From Oscillospiraceae bacterium Zagget12 (GTDB taxonomy: Bacteria > Bacillota > Clostridia > UBA1381), in assembly GCA_001941225.1 (NCBI GenBank), contig MSHM01000005.1, positions 106,491 to 170,490 of the forward strand: 64,000 nt of DNA, read 5' to 3'. Numbering within the stretch: position 1 is the first letter of the stretch; every line of letters starts with the position of its first letter. The notes beneath the pieces were generated by a model, which did not search any database, was not told the origin of the DNA, and saw only the letters and a program-made list of their open reading frames with translations. The position numbers and the translations under genes are program-made. Shown here in pieces: positions 62,072-64,000 of the stretch.

Positions 62072-62809
62072 ATGGATAAGGTTAATATACTCGGCGTGCG
62101 CGTCGATATGGTGAATATATCCGAGGCGGCGGATGCCATTATACGTTTTTTTGACTAGGATAAGCTGCATAAGATATATACGCCAAATTCCGAAATAATT
62201 ATGCACGCGTATAAGAATGAGGAATTTGCCGACTTGCTCAACCGCGCCGATTTGCTTACGGCGGACGGAATAGGCGTGGTATACGCGTCTAAGATACTGA
62301 AAAAGCCGATAAAGGAACGCGCGGCGGGATATGATATAGCGCGAAAGGTGCTTGAAAAAATTAATTACACCGATCATAAGCTGTTTCTTTTCGGCGGAAA
62401 GCCCGGAGTTGCGGAAACGGCTAAGAAAAATCTTGAAAAGGATTATCCCGATTTAAATATAGTGGGTATGCGAAACGGATATTTCAAACCCGAGGAGGAG
62501 CCGGAAATCGTAGAGGAAATCAATAATTCCGACGCGGATATTGTTTTCGTGTGCCTCGGTGCGCCTAAACAGGAGCAATGGATAGACAGAAACGCAGCCA
62601 ATCTTAAAGCGCGTGTTGCGATGGGCATTGGCGGAAGTCTTGACGTTTTCGCCGGAACGGCGGAAAGAGCGCCGGAGTTTTTCTGCAATCACGGACTTGA
62701 ATGGTTGTACCGCCTGTACAAGGAGCCGTGGCGTATCGGAAGAATGATGGAACTTCCCAAATTTGCGGCTACGGTTGTGGCAAAAGGCAAAAAGTACAAG
62801 CAGGATTGA
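62072..62809 (+). pseudogene. WecB/TagA/CpsF glycosyltransferase with in-frame TAG at 62156-62158
   Basis: AGGAG + ATG 62072 reads MDKVNILGVRVD...FFD*DKLHKIYTPNSE in frame with ADGIG, LGAPKQE, GIGGSLD, GLEWLYRL. Confidence 0.85.
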
Positions 62810-62826
62810 CTTGGGAGTGTAGAAAA

Positions 62827-64000
62827 ATGAAGAAACTTCTGATGTTGATTTGTGCCGCACTGGCTCTTGGAACAAGCGCGTATGCCGCCGATGAGCCGGA
62901 AATATATATAGACGGCAGTCTTTTGGAATGTCCGAGTGCGCCCGTGAATACAGACGGGCGTATTCTTGTTCCGATGAGAGCTATATTCGAGGCACTGGAC
63001 GTAGAGGTATCATGGGACGCGCAGGAGCGCACCGTATGGGCGGCAAGAGGCGATGAGTTTATAGGTCTTGGCATAGATAATGACGTTATGAGCGTCGGAG
63101 TGCATAATTCCTTCGGCGAGGCGGTTTGGGTTGAGAGCATAACGCTTGACGTACCCGCGCGGATAATCAATGACTATACGTACGTGCCTGCAAGAGCCGT
63201 GTCGGAAACACTGGGCGCTCGGGTATCGTGGGACGAGGCAAATAACGCAGTTATTATAGACAGCCGCGACGATGCTTTGGGAACGGTGTATTACGCGTCC
63301 GACGGCGATTATCAAAGGCTGTATTCCGTCAATATGAACGGCAAAAGCAGACAGAAAATCTCCGACCACAGCGTGTACGGACTTGAAATGTACGGCGGCT
63401 GCGTATATTATCTGTCAGCGGACGAAAATTTTTTGTACAAAGCGGATAATGAAAACGGCGAGGAATGTGTAATAAGCGCTGCGGTTAATAAGCTTAGCAT
63501 AGACGCTGACGGCTGGCTTTATTATCAAGAGCTTGACGGCGCGGCAAGAGAAAGCGGAGCGGTGTTCAGGCTGAATCTTGACAGCGGAGAAACAGAACGC
63601 CTTACAGCCGCGTCCGTCCGCTATCCGCTTTTTTACGGAGATTACATATATTTCAATACCGAAAGCAGCAATAATATGTACGCCGTAACAACGGACGGCT
63701 CGGAGCTATACGAGATAAGCATTGGCGACAGCTCCACGGCAAAATTATACACGTTCAACTGTAAGTTTTTCGACGATTACATACTGGTGGAAAACGGACT
63801 TTGGTACGGCAGTATTGTAAGAATGAACCTTGACGGAAGTGATGTGATAACTCTTAATCAAACCAATTCCGTTATATTTGATAATCAGACCTGTTATGAT
63901 AAAATATTTTATTTAAATCCGTCTGACGGACAGGATATTTACTGTATAAATATCGACGGCACGGACGAGCATCTTGTGGTAAAGGGCGACCCCTCATGGA
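62827..64000 (+). CDS. Secreted protein: copper-amine-oxidase N-terminal (stalk) domain plus DUF5050-like beta-propeller (partial, runs off window; absent from ORF track)
   Basis: Manual translation: MKKLLMLICAALALGTSAYA signal; DGRILVPMRAIFEALDVEVSWD, TYVPARAVSETLGARVSWD; repeats LYSVNMNG, GWLYY, GDYIYF, RMNLDGS, INIDGT. Confidence 0.85.
   Translation, partial: MKKLLMLICAALALGTSAYAADEPEIYIDGSLLECPSAPVNTDGRILVPMRAIFEALDVEVSWDAQERTVWAARGDEFIGLGIDNDVMSVGVHNSFGEAVWVESITLDVPARIINDYTYVPARAVSETLGARVSWDEANNAVIIDSRDDALGTVYYASDGDYQRLYSVNMNGKSRQKISDHSVYGLEMYGGCVYYLSADENFLYKADNENGEECVISAAVNKLSIDADGWLYYQELDGAARESGAVFRLNLDSGETERLTAASVRYPLFYGDYIYFNTESSNNMYAVTTDGSELYEISIGDSSTAKLYTFNCKFFDDYILVENGLWYGSIVRMNLDGSDVITLNQTNSVIFDNQTCYDKIFYLNPSDGQDIYCINIDGTDEHLVVKGDPSW

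Noticed and set aside
62156-62158. Genome-wide TAG recoding or pyrrolysine
   Set aside because: TAG ends clpP, hisB and the HAD gene at expected lengths; there is only one internal TAG and no pyl genes in the window.

Overview
Core-chromosome segment of a spore-forming Clostridia (Bacillota) bacterium, most likely a gut lineage (inferred from SLH and copper-amine-oxidase-N surface proteins, gpr, spoVAC, lonB, GS III and the CD1247-like gene after efp). Gene order: end of pcrA, tig-clpP-clpX-lysA, an SLH phosphodiester glycosidase, zupT, trmH-dprA-topA-trmFO, gpr, an M16 peptidase pair, spoVAC, DUF5685/J-domain/DUF1385/prmC/pfkA (frameshifted), a protease-less lonB, lon-engB, a solute symporter plus acyl-CoA ligase, efp, hemW-CIRCE-hrcA-grpE-dnaK-dnaJ, divergent hisD/hisB plus a HAD hydrolase, GS III, gatCAB-aspS (non-discriminating type), a VanW-domain protein, a divergent type IIA topoisomerase pair, citrate synthase, a tagA/wecB with an in-frame TAG, and a surface protein cut by the window end. 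I saw no rRNA, tRNA, CRISPR, prophage or defence island. Best signals: (1) matching ANTAR-like hairpin-plus-terminator leaders upstream of both gatCAB-aspS and GS III; (2) HisD and HisB homologs with substituted metal ligands, behind a dnaJ-specific promoter; (3) a ~214-bp internally deleted IS3-family element carrying a terminator; (4) an AAA-only LonB; (5) a terminator-like hairpin facing antisense in the lon leader; (6) a Cys-less thioredoxin-fold lipoprotein. All calls are by eye; no searches were run.
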